A stretch of DNA of 64,000 bases from a virus. The translations under genes and the position numbers were made by a program. The DNA is taken from UHGV virus genome UHGV-0236300; one strand, written 5' to 3'. Positions 63,901-64,000 of this stretch are shown here, piece after piece. Under the pieces are notes generated by a model. The model had not been told where the DNA came from. It saw only the letters and a program-made list of their open reading frames with translations, and did not search any database. Numbering within the stretch: position 1 is the stretch's first letter; each line of letters begins with the position of its first letter.

Positions 63901-64000
63901 ATCACCGCGAAGCTGGAACAGTAAAGCCGTTGACAGCTCTGCTAAGCGGTAAGCAGACGCTCTTTGCTTAGAGGTATTTTTCGCAGCGATCAGTGTATCA

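Overview
The window reads as part of a large virulent-type dsDNA phage genome with enterobacterial-style signals (sigma70 TTGACA/TATAAT promoters, a lambda R-like endolysin); no structural or packaging genes are present. Layout: (1) 1-20.9 kb, plus-strand replication module: SF1B helicase, several DNA methyltransferases, a T7 gp4-like primase-helicase, a T7 gp5-like family A DNA polymerase interrupted at motif C by a group I intron carrying an HNH homing endonuclease, an SSB-like protein with a host-SSB-like tail, and a TARG1/DarG-like macrodomain protein. (2) 21.0-21.9 kb, ORF-poor tandem and GC-rich repeats. (3) 22-27 kb, a cassette array of small plus-strand genes, most with their own near-consensus sigma70 promoter. 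(4) 27.1-29.5 kb, a repeat-dense noncoding zone where transcription converges. (5) 29.5-41 kb, minus-strand small genes including paralogous families, an HPF/RaiA-like ribosome hibernation factor and small membrane proteins. (6) 41-64 kb, minus-strand DNA-metabolism block: Dam-like methyltransferase, ClpP-like protease, PhoH, NrdG, NrdD, glutaredoxin, NrdB, NrdA, ThyX, HAD phosphatase, dNMP kinase, a second N6A methyltransferase, DEDDy exonuclease, endonuclease VII, a RuvC-like resolvase, FEN, endolysin and DNA ligase. Everything is inferred from motifs read by eye in the supplied ORF translations and sequence; no searches were run. Feature boundaries I placed myself (promoters, terminators, repeats, adjusted starts) may be off by a few bases. 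No tRNA, rRNA or CRISPR array was recognised.
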